Positions 29,497 through 38,306 of a DNA stretch of 64,000 nt are shown here, one piece after another. Position 1 is the stretch's first letter; every line of letters starts with the position of its first letter. Source of the DNA: Armatimonadota bacterium (GTDB lineage Bacteria; Bacteroidota; Ignavibacteria; OLB7); NCBI GenBank assembly GCA_020850315.1, contig JADZEY010000020.1, forward strand, positions 21,618 to 85,617. The letters are read 5' to 3'. The translations under genes and the position numbers were made by a program. The notes beneath the pieces are model-generated. The model was not told where the DNA came from, did no database searches, and worked only from the letters and a program-made list of their open reading frames with translations.

Positions 29497-31557
29497 ATGC
29501 GATTTCTTGCCACAATGCTGTTTACGGTGTGCGGTTCCGTTAGCCTGTTATTTGCCCAGCAGCGCGACACTGCACGGGTTCCCATCGACACGTTAAAAAC
29601 GTACCGACTTGGCGAGATCGTTGTTCGCGGGGAGCAGGAAGCAACGGTCTCCACCTCCACCATCCAGCGAATCCCCGCCGCAAAAATTATTGCCAGCGAT
29701 GCGCCCACCGCCGACCGGCTTGCGGTAATCATGCCAGCAACCCGCGTACAAACCAACTCACGGGGTGAGGCAATCCTCTACATGCGTAACGCTGGCGAAC
29801 GCCAAACGGCCATTTTTCTGGATGGTGCATTAATCAATATCCCCTGGGATAACCGGCTAGATCTAAGCCTGATTCCGATGAACAGCGTTGGCGGGGTGAC
29901 GCTCTCGCAAGGGGTAGCATCGGTACTCTACGGGTCGAACATCTTGGGGGGAGCTGTGGAGTTTGTTTCGCAGGAGCTTGCCACGCCGGGTTACTTGACC
30001 GATATCGGCGTTGCTGGCGGGAATGATGGCTACTACTCAATCCAAGCAATGCACACCGGGAACTTGGGGGTGTTTAACTACATTGCTTCGGCTAACCTTA
30101 TGCGGCGCGACGCGCTGTCATTCCCCGATAGCTCGGTGTTCCAGGCCGACGGCGAAACTCCATTTCTGCACAACCAATTCAATGCCGACCAACGGACCAA
30201 CACCGACTCGCGAATCTTCAACACCTACGCCCGTGGCGAACTGAAGCTGGCAGAGCGGGCCTCGTTGGGGCTTTCCACCTCGTTCATTGATGCAAGCAAA
30301 GGGGTTGCGCCGGAAGGTCACGTTCCCGATGCACGATTCTGGCGATATCCAACATGGCGGAACCTTTCGGTGGTGCTGAACGGTGATGCCGAGTTTGGCG
30401 AAAACAGCCAGTGGAATCTGCGGGGCGCGGTTTGGGCAACATCCTTCGCCCAGACGATTGACCAGTTTGACGATGCAACCTACGCCGTGCGGAACACCAG
30501 TCAGGAAGATGAAGATATGACGTTGGGAAGCCGGGTTGTGGTTGGCCACACAATCGGCGATGGCGACGTAACCATCACCGCTGCTTTGAACGCCTTGCAA
30601 TCTGCACACGACCAGCGCGATAACGAAGTTGACTCCACCGGAACCGTAATCCCAGCGCCCACGGCACAGTACAAACAACAGAACATCAGCACCGGCCTTG
30701 AAGCTACCGTGCAGCTTATGCCAACGCTGCAAGCGGTTGTGGGGGTGGGATACGACATGATGAGCACCCCGCTGACGGGGGATAAACCAGAGCGCGACCC
30801 GTTCACCGATTGGAGCGGCACCGTAGGGGTGCGATGGACGGTAAGCGATGCGGTGGCCGTGCGTGCTTCGGCGGGCCGCCGCACACGGTTCCCAACCATG
30901 CGCGAACTGTTCGGGGAAGCACTGCGCCGATTCCTTGTGAACCCCGACCTGAAGCCGGAAAATGCAGCCCTGTTTGAAGCTGGTGCCGAAGGGAAAGGGG
31001 CCGGCGGCCAGTGGGGGCTGACGGCATTTGCCAGCGATGTTAGCAACACCATTGACCAACGCAACATCGACACGTTAGGTGGACGCAAACGGCAGCGCAT
31101 CAATCTTTTAGGAAGCACTACCTACGGTGCCGAACTGACTGGTGGAATCCACCTTCTGGAGCGGCTGAACTTGGACGGCCATTTCACCTTTATGCACACC
31201 CGCGCCAGGGTGACATCAAGCACCGGAGCCGATTCCACATCCTACCTTTCCGAGAAACCGGAGTATGTGGGAACCATTGCTGCATCCTACAACTTCCCGT
31301 TTGGCCTAACCCCTGCCGTCGAGCTTCAGCTAACCGGCCAGGCGTTCACGCTGAATGATGATAACCGCTTCATCGCGCTTGGCACCTCGGGGTTGGTGAG
31401 CGCGCGGCTTTCGTGGCAGACGATGATTCCAGGTTTGGAGAGCGTCACCACACTGTTTGTTCGGGTGAACAACATTGCCAACACAGCGGTGCTTCCGCAG
31501 CTTGGATTGCCAGCGGTGGGGCGTGAGCTTCAAGCCGGGGTGCGGGCATCATTCTGA
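29497..31557 (+). CDS. TonB-dependent outer-membrane receptor (second copy)
   Basis: Signal peptide MRFLATMLFTVCGSVSLLFAQ, a plug domain, a beta-barrel and a C-terminal ...GVRASF. Confidence 0.85.
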   Translation: MRFLATMLFTVCGSVSLLFAQQRDTARVPIDTLKTYRLGEIVVRGEQEATVSTSTIQRIPAAKIIASDAPTADRLAVIMPATRVQTNSRGEAILYMRNAGERQTAIFLDGALINIPWDNRLDLSLIPMNSVGGVTLSQGVASVLYGSNILGGAVEFVSQELATPGYLTDIGVAGGNDGYYSIQAMHTGNLGVFNYIASANLMRRDALSFPDSSVFQADGETPFLHNQFNADQRTNTDSRIFNTYARGELKLAERASLGLSTSFIDASKGVAPEGHVPDARFWRYPTWRNLSVVLNGDAEFGENSQWNLRGAVWATSFAQTIDQFDDATYAVRNTSQEDEDMTLGSRVVVGHTIGDGDVTITAALNALQSAHDQRDNEVDSTGTVIPAPTAQYKQQNISTGLEATVQLMPTLQAVVGVGYDMMSTPLTGDKPERDPFTDWSGTVGVRWTVSDAVAVRASAGRRTRFPTMRELFGEALRRFLVNPDLKPENAALFEAGAEGKGAGGQWGLTAFASDVSNTIDQRNIDTLGGRKRQRINLLGSTTYGAELTGGIHLLERLNLDGHFTFMHTRARVTSSTGADSTSYLSEKPEYVGTIAASYNFPFGLTPAVELQLTGQAFTLNDDNRFIALGTSGLVSARLSWQTMIPGLESVTTLFVRVNNIANTAVLPQLGLPAVGRELQAGVRASF

Positions 31558-31583
31558 TTGCCGGCAGTGGCGGAATGAAAAAC

Positions 31584-31619
31584 AATAAGCGGTGGCATCG
31601 GGAGATGCCACCGCTTATT
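31584..31619. terminator. Bidirectional terminator between the TonB receptor gene (+) and the ferritin-like gene (-)
   Basis: aataagcggtggcatc-ggga-gatgccaccgcttatt. Confidence 0.6.
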
Positions 31620-31645
31620 TGTATCACTATCCCGCCGTGTGCGCG

Positions 31646-32086
31646 CTACCGGACTACATCCGGTTTTAGCATTTTCTCCACTTCCTCAATGTGTCCCGTC
31701 TCCTCCTGAATTTGCATCTCCAAAAACAGCCGCAGCCCCAAATGCTCCGGCATCGCCTCGATGTCCCGAAGCAGATCAGCGTATGCCCCCCACGCGGCTT
31801 TCTCAAGATTTAAGGCGGCCTTCAGCATCTCGTTCAGTGTGTCGAAGCTCCAGGGGAATTGGTCGGCTGCCGGGAAGGTGCGCGGCGTTCCCCCCAACGA
31901 GGTGATTTTATCACCCACCAATGTGGCGTGGGCAACCCCTTCGTTCGCTTGCTCCCGCAGCCATCCCACGATTGGAATCATCGAATGGCCATAGATGAAG
32001 TAAGAATAATGGAGGTACATCATCGTGCCGGAAAGCTCCAGTGCCAGAATGCTGTTTAACCGTTCGCAGATTTGTTCGTTGGTCAT
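31646..32086 (-). CDS. Ferritin-like superfamily protein (bacterioferritin-like four-helix bundle)
   Basis: Start at MTNEQICERLNSILALELSGTMMYLHYSY... with the E/H-containing helices typical of the ferritin fold. The upstream 31 codons of the ORF-track entry are judged non-coding. Confidence 0.65.
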   Translation of the reverse strand: MTNEQICERLNSILALELSGTMMYLHYSYFIYGHSMIPIVGWLREQANEGVAHATLVGDKITSLGGTPRTFPAADQFPWSFDTLNEMLKAALNLEKAAWGAYADLLRDIEAMPEHLGLRLFLEMQIQEETGHIEEVEKMLKPDVVR

Positions 32087-32245
32087 GGCTGCTGTTGATT
32101 TAGTGACTTGTTTCCCTGCCTGCCAGGTTGCGGCGAAGATACGAACAACAACGGCTGAACAATAACCGCCACCCCACACTTTTTCGGCTCACACGTTGGT
32201 TGGCTGATAGCGGTGAGTTAGCTTGTGGCCAGTTGGTGGGAACGT

Positions 32246-33193
32246 ATGTTCGATGCTTCGTCATCCTCGGAACTTGAACCCAACAACATTCCTCAAACTC
32301 TTCTTCAGCATATGCAGATCGGACACTATCAAATTCACCTGATTGAAACGTGCCGCTTCGCCTTGGATGGCGGCGCAATGTTTGGCGTTGTTCCAAAAAA
32401 TCTGTGGGCCAAAGCCTACCCCCATGTTGATGACCAAAACCGGATTGCAATGGCTGCGCGGGCGTTGCTGATTCGGGGGGAAGGAAGGGTGGTGGTGGTG
32501 GATGCCGGGTGTGGCGAGAAGATGGGGGAGAAGCTGCAAAGCATCTACGCTCTTGATAACAGCCGCTACACCCTGGCCGATGGACTGGCCCAGCATGGAG
32601 TTCGTCCGGAGGATGTCACCGACTTCATCTACACCCACCTTCACTTCGATCACGCTGGCGGCTCCACCCAGTTGGATGCTTCGGGGCACGTTGTCCCCAC
32701 ATTCCCGAACGCACGGCATTACGTCCAGCGCCAACAGCTTGATTGGGGACGAAACCCCACCGATAAAGACCGCGCCAGCTTCATGCCAGAAAACTGGGAG
32801 CCAGTGGCAGAGCATGGGTTGTTGCAGGAGCTTGATGGCGATGGCGAGTTGTTCCCGGGGATTGAGTTGCGAACCATGCACGGCCACACCCGTGCCATGC
32901 AGCTTGTGGTTGTGCGGGATGATTCCGCCACGGCCCAGCAACCGGCAGGGCTTGTGTATTGTGCCGATTTAATCCCCACCCGCGCCCACCTTCCATTCCC
33001 CTACGTGATGGGCTACGACAACTTCCCGCTGACCTCACTGCAAGAAAAGCAATCGTTTATCCCCGAAGCCTACGAACGCCGCTGGCTGCTCTGTTTCGAG
33101 CATGACGCGTTCACCGACGCGGTGCAGATTGCGCCTGGGAAGAAAGGGTTCCAGATTGCCAGCGAGCATCAGTTGTCCATTGCCCCCCGCTAA
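32246..33193 (+). CDS. Metallo-beta-lactamase-fold hydrolase
   Basis: HxHxDH motif (THLHFDHAGG) plus downstream His/Asp ligands. The start could instead be the MQIGHYQIHLIE Met at 32312. Confidence 0.8.
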   Translation: MFDASSSSELEPNNIPQTLLQHMQIGHYQIHLIETCRFALDGGAMFGVVPKNLWAKAYPHVDDQNRIAMAARALLIRGEGRVVVVDAGCGEKMGEKLQSIYALDNSRYTLADGLAQHGVRPEDVTDFIYTHLHFDHAGGSTQLDASGHVVPTFPNARHYVQRQQLDWGRNPTDKDRASFMPENWEPVAEHGLLQELDGDGELFPGIELRTMHGHTRAMQLVVVRDDSATAQQPAGLVYCADLIPTRAHLPFPYVMGYDNFPLTSLQEKQSFIPEAYERRWLLCFEHDAFTDAVQIAPGKKGFQIASEHQLSIAPR

Positions 33194-33214
33194 AATTTCC
33201 CTTGCTGATCATCC

Positions 33215-33484
33215 ATGCTTGTAAAAACCGTCACCGTCCGCAACCGTGCTGGGATTCACACACGCCCGGCGGCCACCATTGTGAAAAAGGCATCGCAGTA
33301 CCGCTGCGAATTCTTTATTGTGAGGGATGGCTTCCGCATAAACGGAAAAAGCATCATCGGCGTGATGATGCTTGCCGCCGAGCAAGGCTCCGAACTTCAG
33401 CTTGAGTTCGACGGCCCCGACGAAGCCGCCGCCGCCGAAGACCTTGTGGGATATTTTGAGCGGAAGTTTGATGAGGAGTTTTAG
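33215..33484 (+). CDS. ptsH: HPr-family phosphocarrier protein
   Basis: 89 aa with GIHTRPAA around the phosphorylatable His and conserved downstream KSIIGVMML. No EI or EII genes are nearby. Confidence 0.85.
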   Translation: MLVKTVTVRNRAGIHTRPAATIVKKASQYRCEFFIVRDGFRINGKSIIGVMMLAAEQGSELQLEFDGPDEAAAAEDLVGYFERKFDEEF

Positions 33485-33552
33485 CGTAGAGGTAGTTGGT
33501 AAACCTCAGGCTTGCCAGTAGCACTATTTCCGCCAGCAATTATCAAAAACGA

Positions 33553-33592
33553 GGCGACATCGGACAGTAATTGTCCGATGTCGCTTTTGTTT
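33553..33592 (+). terminator. Rho-independent terminator after ptsH
   Basis: ggcgacatcggaca-gtaatt-gtccgatgtcgc followed by TTTTG. Confidence 0.6.
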
Positions 33593-33766
33593 AGTCGTAG
33601 GTTTGCAGCGTCATAGATCAGGTGAATGGAGGTGCAATTGAACGTGGCGCGTATACCAGCAAAGTTGTGAAAGAACCAAAACTAACAGAAAGAGCAATCA
33701 ATGACGGGAGGATTGACCGGCGGGCAATCCGACTACAATACCAACAACCAAACCAATCAGACGACC

Positions 33767-34279
33767 ATGGCGAACGCAACCAAGCAACGGAAAACCATTT
33801 CGATTCGCGAACCGTTCATCAGCCTTATGGTTCACGGAGCAACCTATGAGGGGATTGCCAGCTTACCGAAACGGTACGCTAGCGACTTCGTACCGAGTTC
33901 CGGCAGCAAAGACCTTGAAGTTCGCTCTTGGCAAACCAACTACCGGGGGCCGATCCTACTTCATGCGTCGAGGGACAAGACCACGCTTGAATACTTCGGC
34001 TGCAAAGCCGAAGCATTCCCTCACCGCGGGTGCGTGGTAGCGATTGCGAACCTTATTGATGTTCGGCCTATGCGTAAGCAGGACGTAGCACGGAGTGGTG
34101 GGTCTTATGATAGCTCCTGTTTTGTGTGGGAACTTGCCGACATCACCCCCATAACGCCGACACCGGTACTCGGAAAAGTTGGGTTCTTCTATATCGGACT
34201 ACCGAACCAGCAAGAGAAAGAAGTCCGGCAGTGGCTAAAGAAGAATGGCTTTGCTACTTCCGATGGTGCACTTGAATAG
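33767..34279 (+). CDS. ASCH-domain protein
   Basis: From the internal Met MANATKQRKTISIREPFISLMVHGATYEG...EVRSWQTNYRGPILLHAS. This matches the ASCH beta-barrel signature (sIRqPw..li..G.K..E.RsW.t.yrGpllIHA). Confidence 0.6.
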   Translation: MANATKQRKTISIREPFISLMVHGATYEGIASLPKRYASDFVPSSGSKDLEVRSWQTNYRGPILLHASRDKTTLEYFGCKAEAFPHRGCVVAIANLIDVRPMRKQDVARSGGSYDSSCFVWELADITPITPTPVLGKVGFFYIGLPNQQEKEVRQWLKKNGFATSDGALE

Positions 34280-34551
34280 TCAATAACTATACTCGGGACA
34301 ATGGAGTTTGCGAGAATCCTCGTCCTGTAATTCCCGCACAAGCGGGAGCCGATAGGCCTGCGAAGCGCGTCCATGCGGGGTAGCAACCCACTCAGCTTTG
34401 TAGAAGTTCACACACTCCTTTTATCTGAGTATAAGGGAGACAAGACCAGAAGCATCCGCTCCTCGAAGCGGATGCTTCATTTCCCCCCCCCGGTTGTACC
34501 GAGATTTTTCACACCCCTGCGGCCACTACTCCTTCTGCTAACTTTGCGCCC

Positions 34552-35871
34552 TTGCAACTCTCCAAACATATCGGGACCGCTGCGTGGTCTGCTGCCGATA
34601 AAGCACTCTACGTGTTGATTGGCCTTGCCTTCATCCTTCCGCAAAAGGTGATTGGCGAACATAATTGGGGGGTGGCAACGCTGGCCCAAGCCGGCCTAAC
34701 GATCATCTACATGCTCTCGGATGGGTTCGCGCTGCAAGCGTTGGTGAACTTCGGGATGACCGAGTCGCGCCGCCGCCAAGCACTGACCATCTCGGCGGTG
34801 CTGCACGTGGGGTTTATCGCGCTCTGCACCGCCACCGTGTACTTCGCCCGAACCTGGTGGGCCAGCGTCCTGAACGAGCCTGATCTGATCCCCACGCTGG
34901 AGCTGTTTCCCCTTGTCGCGCTTGGGTTTTTGCTGCGGAACTACTTCCTGAAAATCTCCCAACTCCACATTGATACCCGCGCCACATTCCTGATTGATGC
35001 TGCGTGGATTGGAACCACTGTGCTGCTGGTGCTGCATGGCTGGGCCAACGCTTGGATGAACACCGCCGAGGATATGATGCTCATCAGCGCGGCATCCGCC
35101 GGGGCTTCCTCGCTGATGGGGCTGATGCTGTACGCCCGCCGCATCCGGTTTGCCCGAACGATTGACCGCGAACTGCTGCGGGAGATGGTTCGCTTTGGCC
35201 GCACCCAGATGCTCTCGGCAGGAACGCTGGCGCTGCAAACGCAGGGGGATTACCTTCTGCTAAAGCTGTTCGTAAGCTCGTCGGTGGTTGGCAACTATGA
35301 TGCTGCAAAGAAGTTGTTCCGTGGCTTCGAGGCGCTTCGCGATGCGGGTTCGCTGTTTGTCTATCCGGCGGTTGCACGGCTGAAATCGCAGGGGAGGGAA
35401 GGGGAGATGGTGCTGTTGGTGGAGAAGATGATCGGCTTCATGACGCTGCTTGCCGTTCCGGTGGTGGTGGTTGTCTGGATTGGCCCAACGGCGCAACTGT
35501 TTGAACTGATCTACCGCGGAAAGTACCAGCAGGCGGCCTTCATCTTCCAGCTGATGTGCCTTGCTGGATTGGCAATCCCGTTCAGCATGAACATCAACGT
35601 GCTGAACGGCCTTAGCCAGGCCCGGGCACTGCTGCGGGTGATCCTGATGTCGGCAGCGATCTTCTTCCTCAGTGGGTTGGCCCTGGTTCCGATGCTTGGT
35701 GTCCATGGCATGGCCATCACCATTGCCCTCAGCTATGTTGCGCTTGGCGCGTTTAGCACCCGTGCGGTAAAGAAGTTCGTCCCCTTCAGCATCCGCGGCG
35801 CGTTTGGCCGCTGGCGCGATGCTGTGGAGTTTATCCGGCGGCAGTGGAGGAAAAGAAGGAGAGTGGGGTAG
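34552..35871 (+). CDS. Polysaccharide/oligosaccharide flippase (MOP superfamily, Wzx-like)
   Basis: About 12 TM helices and an N-terminus ...AAWSAADKALYVLIGLAFILPQ typical of the polysaccharide biosynthesis protein family. Confidence 0.7.
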   Translation: MQLSKHIGTAAWSAADKALYVLIGLAFILPQKVIGEHNWGVATLAQAGLTIIYMLSDGFALQALVNFGMTESRRRQALTISAVLHVGFIALCTATVYFARTWWASVLNEPDLIPTLELFPLVALGFLLRNYFLKISQLHIDTRATFLIDAAWIGTTVLLVLHGWANAWMNTAEDMMLISAASAGASSLMGLMLYARRIRFARTIDRELLREMVRFGRTQMLSAGTLALQTQGDYLLLKLFVSSSVVGNYDAAKKLFRGFEALRDAGSLFVYPAVARLKSQGREGEMVLLVEKMIGFMTLLAVPVVVVVWIGPTAQLFELIYRGKYQQAAFIFQLMCLAGLAIPFSMNINVLNGLSQARALLRVILMSAAIFFLSGLALVPMLGVHGMAITIALSYVALGAFSTRAVKKFVPFSIRGAFGRWRDAVEFIRRQWRKRRRVG

Positions 35872-35916
35872 TGGTCAGTGGGCAGTAGTCAGTGGTCAGT
35901 GGTCAGTGGTCAGTAG
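35862..35916 (-). repeat. Reverse-oriented half copy of the repeat element: (GTGGTCA/GTAGTCA)n, the complement of ACTGACC
   Basis: gagtggggta gtggtca gtgggca gtagtca gtggtca gtggtca gtggtca gtag, followed by G6CT5. It overlaps the flippase stop codon. Confidence 0.7.
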
Positions 35917-36013
35917 GGGGGCTTTTTATCAATCATGTTCTATCAGCCGATTTCCGAGCTTCAAGCAATTCAATGCCAACGATTTCCAATCTCCGATAAC
36001 CTGATTCCCAACT

Positions 36014-38155
36014 ATGCTTCAAGCAATTCAATACCAAAAAACTGGCGAGCTTCACGTTAAAGAACTTCCCGCCCCGGAACTGAAACCGGGGATGATTCTG
36101 GTCCGCACTGCTGCCTCGCTGATCTCGGCCGGAACCGAGCGCACCTCGGTGGCAACGGCGCAAGCCTCGATGCTGACCAAAGCCCGCACCCGCCCCGATC
36201 TGGTGAAACAGGCGATGGATATGGTGAAGAAGGAGGGGCTGATGAACACCGTCGAAAAAATCCGCACGCGGCTGGATAGCTACAAGGCGTTGGGCTACTC
36301 CGCCGCCGGCGTTGTGGTGGCCAGTGCCTGCGATGGCTTCGCCCCCGGCGACCGCGTTGCCTGCGCCGGTGCCGGCTACGCTTCCCATGCCGAGGTGATT
36401 GCCGTCCCGAAAAATCTTGCCGTAAAAATCCCCGATGGAGTCAGCTTCGAGCAAGCTGCGTTCACCACGTTGGGCGCCATTGCGTTGCAAGGGGTTCGGC
36501 AGGCAAAAATTTCTTTGGGCGAGTCGGTGGCAGTGGTTGGTTTGGGGTTGCTTGGCCAACTAACGGTGCAGCTGTTGAAGGCCGCTGGCTGCCGTGTGAT
36601 CGGCCTGGACATCAACGAACATCTGTTCGCCGCTGCACGCCAGTTCGGTGCCGATGCGGTTGCCCACAGCGGTGGCGGCGCGGCGCAAGCAATCGAAAGT
36701 TTCACGCGCGGAATCGGTGCCGATGCCGTTATCATCACCGCCGGAACCAACAGCAACGCCCCGATGGAGCTTGCAATCGCCTCGGCACGGAAGAAAGGAC
36801 GGGTGGTGGTGGTGGGTGCTGTGGGGATGGACATCCCACGAGCAGGATTTTTTGAGAAGGAGCTGGAGATCACCATCTCATGCAGCTACGGCCCGGGCCG
36901 CTACGACCCCACGTACGAAGAGGAAGGGCACGATTACCCCGTTGCTTTTGCACGCTGGACCGAAGGGCGCAACCTTCAGGCAATTTTGGATTTCATGGCT
37001 GCCGGAAGCCTGGATGTTTCGGCGATGATAACCCACCGATTCCCGATTACCGAAGCCGGAAAAGCCTACGACATCATCACCGGAAAAACGCCGGAGCCAC
37101 ACGTCGGCATCATCCTGCATTATCCCGAACGGAAGGAATCGCTGGTGCGCACGGTGCAGGTGCATCCGGCCACGCTGGCCGCCGGGGCGTTGGGGGTTGC
37201 GTACATCGGCGCGGGAAATTTTGCGCAAAGCTATCTGATTCCCCCAACCCAAAAAGCTGGGGCGCGGATGCTTGCCGTGGCCACTTCCACGGCAGTGAAT
37301 GCCCGTTCGGTTGCCGAAAAATTTGGCTTCCAGCAGGCCACCACCGACGTTGACGCAGTGCTTGCCAACCCAGAGGTCCACGCGGTGTTCATCGCCACCC
37401 GCCACGACACCCACGGCGAGTACGTGGCGCGTTCGTTGCAATCTGGCAAGCAAGTGTTTGTGGAGAAGCCGTTGGCGATTAATCGTGAGGAGCTTGAGAA
37501 GATTCGGGAGTTGGCCGAGCAGGGGCGCGGGCGGGTGATGGTTGGCTTCAACCGCCGTTTCTCCAAGCCGTTGGTGGATATGCAAAAAGTGTTCGCCAAC
37601 AGTGGCGAGCCGTTGGCGATGATGTACCGTGTGAACGCTGGGTTCATCAAGCCGGACAACTGGATTCAGGCACCGGCGCAAGGTGGGCGCATCATTGGTG
37701 AGGGATGCCATTTCATTGATTGCATGCAGTTTATGACCGGCGGAGCGCGCCCGGTAAGCGTCCATGCTGCGGCCATTGGCAGCAACAACACGCAGGTGCG
37801 GAATGCCGATAACGTCGCAATCACCATCCGCTTCAGCGATGGATCCATCGGGACGCTGCTGTACCTTGCCAACGGCGACCCCTCGGTCCCCAAAGAATAC
37901 TTCGAGGTGTTCGGCGGGGGGATGACGGCAATCATGCAGAATTTTTCCACCGTTGCAACCTCACGCGGGCGGAAGACAAAAGTGGAGAAATACAACGGCG
38001 ACAAAGGGCACAGCCAGGAAGTAGCAGAAACGATTGCAGCGATGAAATCGGGCGGGCCAATGCCGATCAGTTTCCAAAGCCTGCACGACACAACGCTGGC
38101 CACAATCGCCGCGCTGGAATCGCTGGCAACGGGGGAGGTTGTTCAGATAGGCTAG
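36014..38155 (+). CDS. Bi-domain oxidoreductase: N-terminal zinc-type alcohol dehydrogenase (MDR) domain fused to a C-terminal Gfo/Idh/MocA NAD(P)-binding oxidoreductase domain
   Basis: MDR N-terminus (...GAGYASHAEVIAVPKN...VVGLGLLGQL) then a Gfo/Idh/MocA Rossmann segment (VAYIGAGNFAQSYLIP...VFIATRHDTHGEYVARSLQSGKQVFVEKP). Confidence 0.8.
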   Translation: MLQAIQYQKTGELHVKELPAPELKPGMILVRTAASLISAGTERTSVATAQASMLTKARTRPDLVKQAMDMVKKEGLMNTVEKIRTRLDSYKALGYSAAGVVVASACDGFAPGDRVACAGAGYASHAEVIAVPKNLAVKIPDGVSFEQAAFTTLGAIALQGVRQAKISLGESVAVVGLGLLGQLTVQLLKAAGCRVIGLDINEHLFAAARQFGADAVAHSGGGAAQAIESFTRGIGADAVIITAGTNSNAPMELAIASARKKGRVVVVGAVGMDIPRAGFFEKELEITISCSYGPGRYDPTYEEEGHDYPVAFARWTEGRNLQAILDFMAAGSLDVSAMITHRFPITEAGKAYDIITGKTPEPHVGIILHYPERKESLVRTVQVHPATLAAGALGVAYIGAGNFAQSYLIPPTQKAGARMLAVATSTAVNARSVAEKFGFQQATTDVDAVLANPEVHAVFIATRHDTHGEYVARSLQSGKQVFVEKPLAINREELEKIRELAEQGRGRVMVGFNRRFSKPLVDMQKVFANSGEPLAMMYRVNAGFIKPDNWIQAPAQGGRIIGEGCHFIDCMQFMTGGARPVSVHAAAIGSNNTQVRNADNVAITIRFSDGSIGTLLYLANGDPSVPKEYFEVFGGGMTAIMQNFSTVATSRGRKTKVEKYNGDKGHSQEVAETIAAMKSGGPMPISFQSLHDTTLATIAALESLATGEVVQIG

Positions 38156-38228
38156 TTGACCGCCCAAGCCAGCGAGCATTCCCTCAAGTAAATCAAGATC
38201 ATTTTCGGCCTGCACAAGGCCAAAAACT

Positions 38229-38279
38229 AACGCCAGCCAACACTCTCCTCTCTCTCATTCTGGAGTGCTGGCTGGCGTT
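38229..38279. terminator. Long bidirectional hairpin terminator between the oxidoreductase gene (+) and the 271-aa gene (-)
   Basis: aacgccagccaacactc-[loop]-gagtgctggctggcgtt with an A-run upstream and, on the minus strand, a T-run downstream. Confidence 0.55.
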
Positions 38280-38306
38280 GTTGTTCTGGTGAGCTTTTCG
38301 TTGTGC

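Noticed and set aside
30118-31118. Two long minus-strand ORFs (313 aa and 205 aa) inside the second TonB receptor gene
   Set aside because: Antisense to a gene with a clear plug/barrel architecture.
34280-34460. A tRNA or tmRNA gene in the ASCH-flippase intergenic region
   Set aside because: No T-loop (GTTCRANYC) or acceptor-stem/CCA features were found. Only a hairpin plus a C9 tract is present.
36878-37765. 295-aa minus-strand ORF inside the bi-domain oxidoreductase gene
   Set aside because: Antisense to a gene with clear MDR and Gfo/Idh/MocA motifs.
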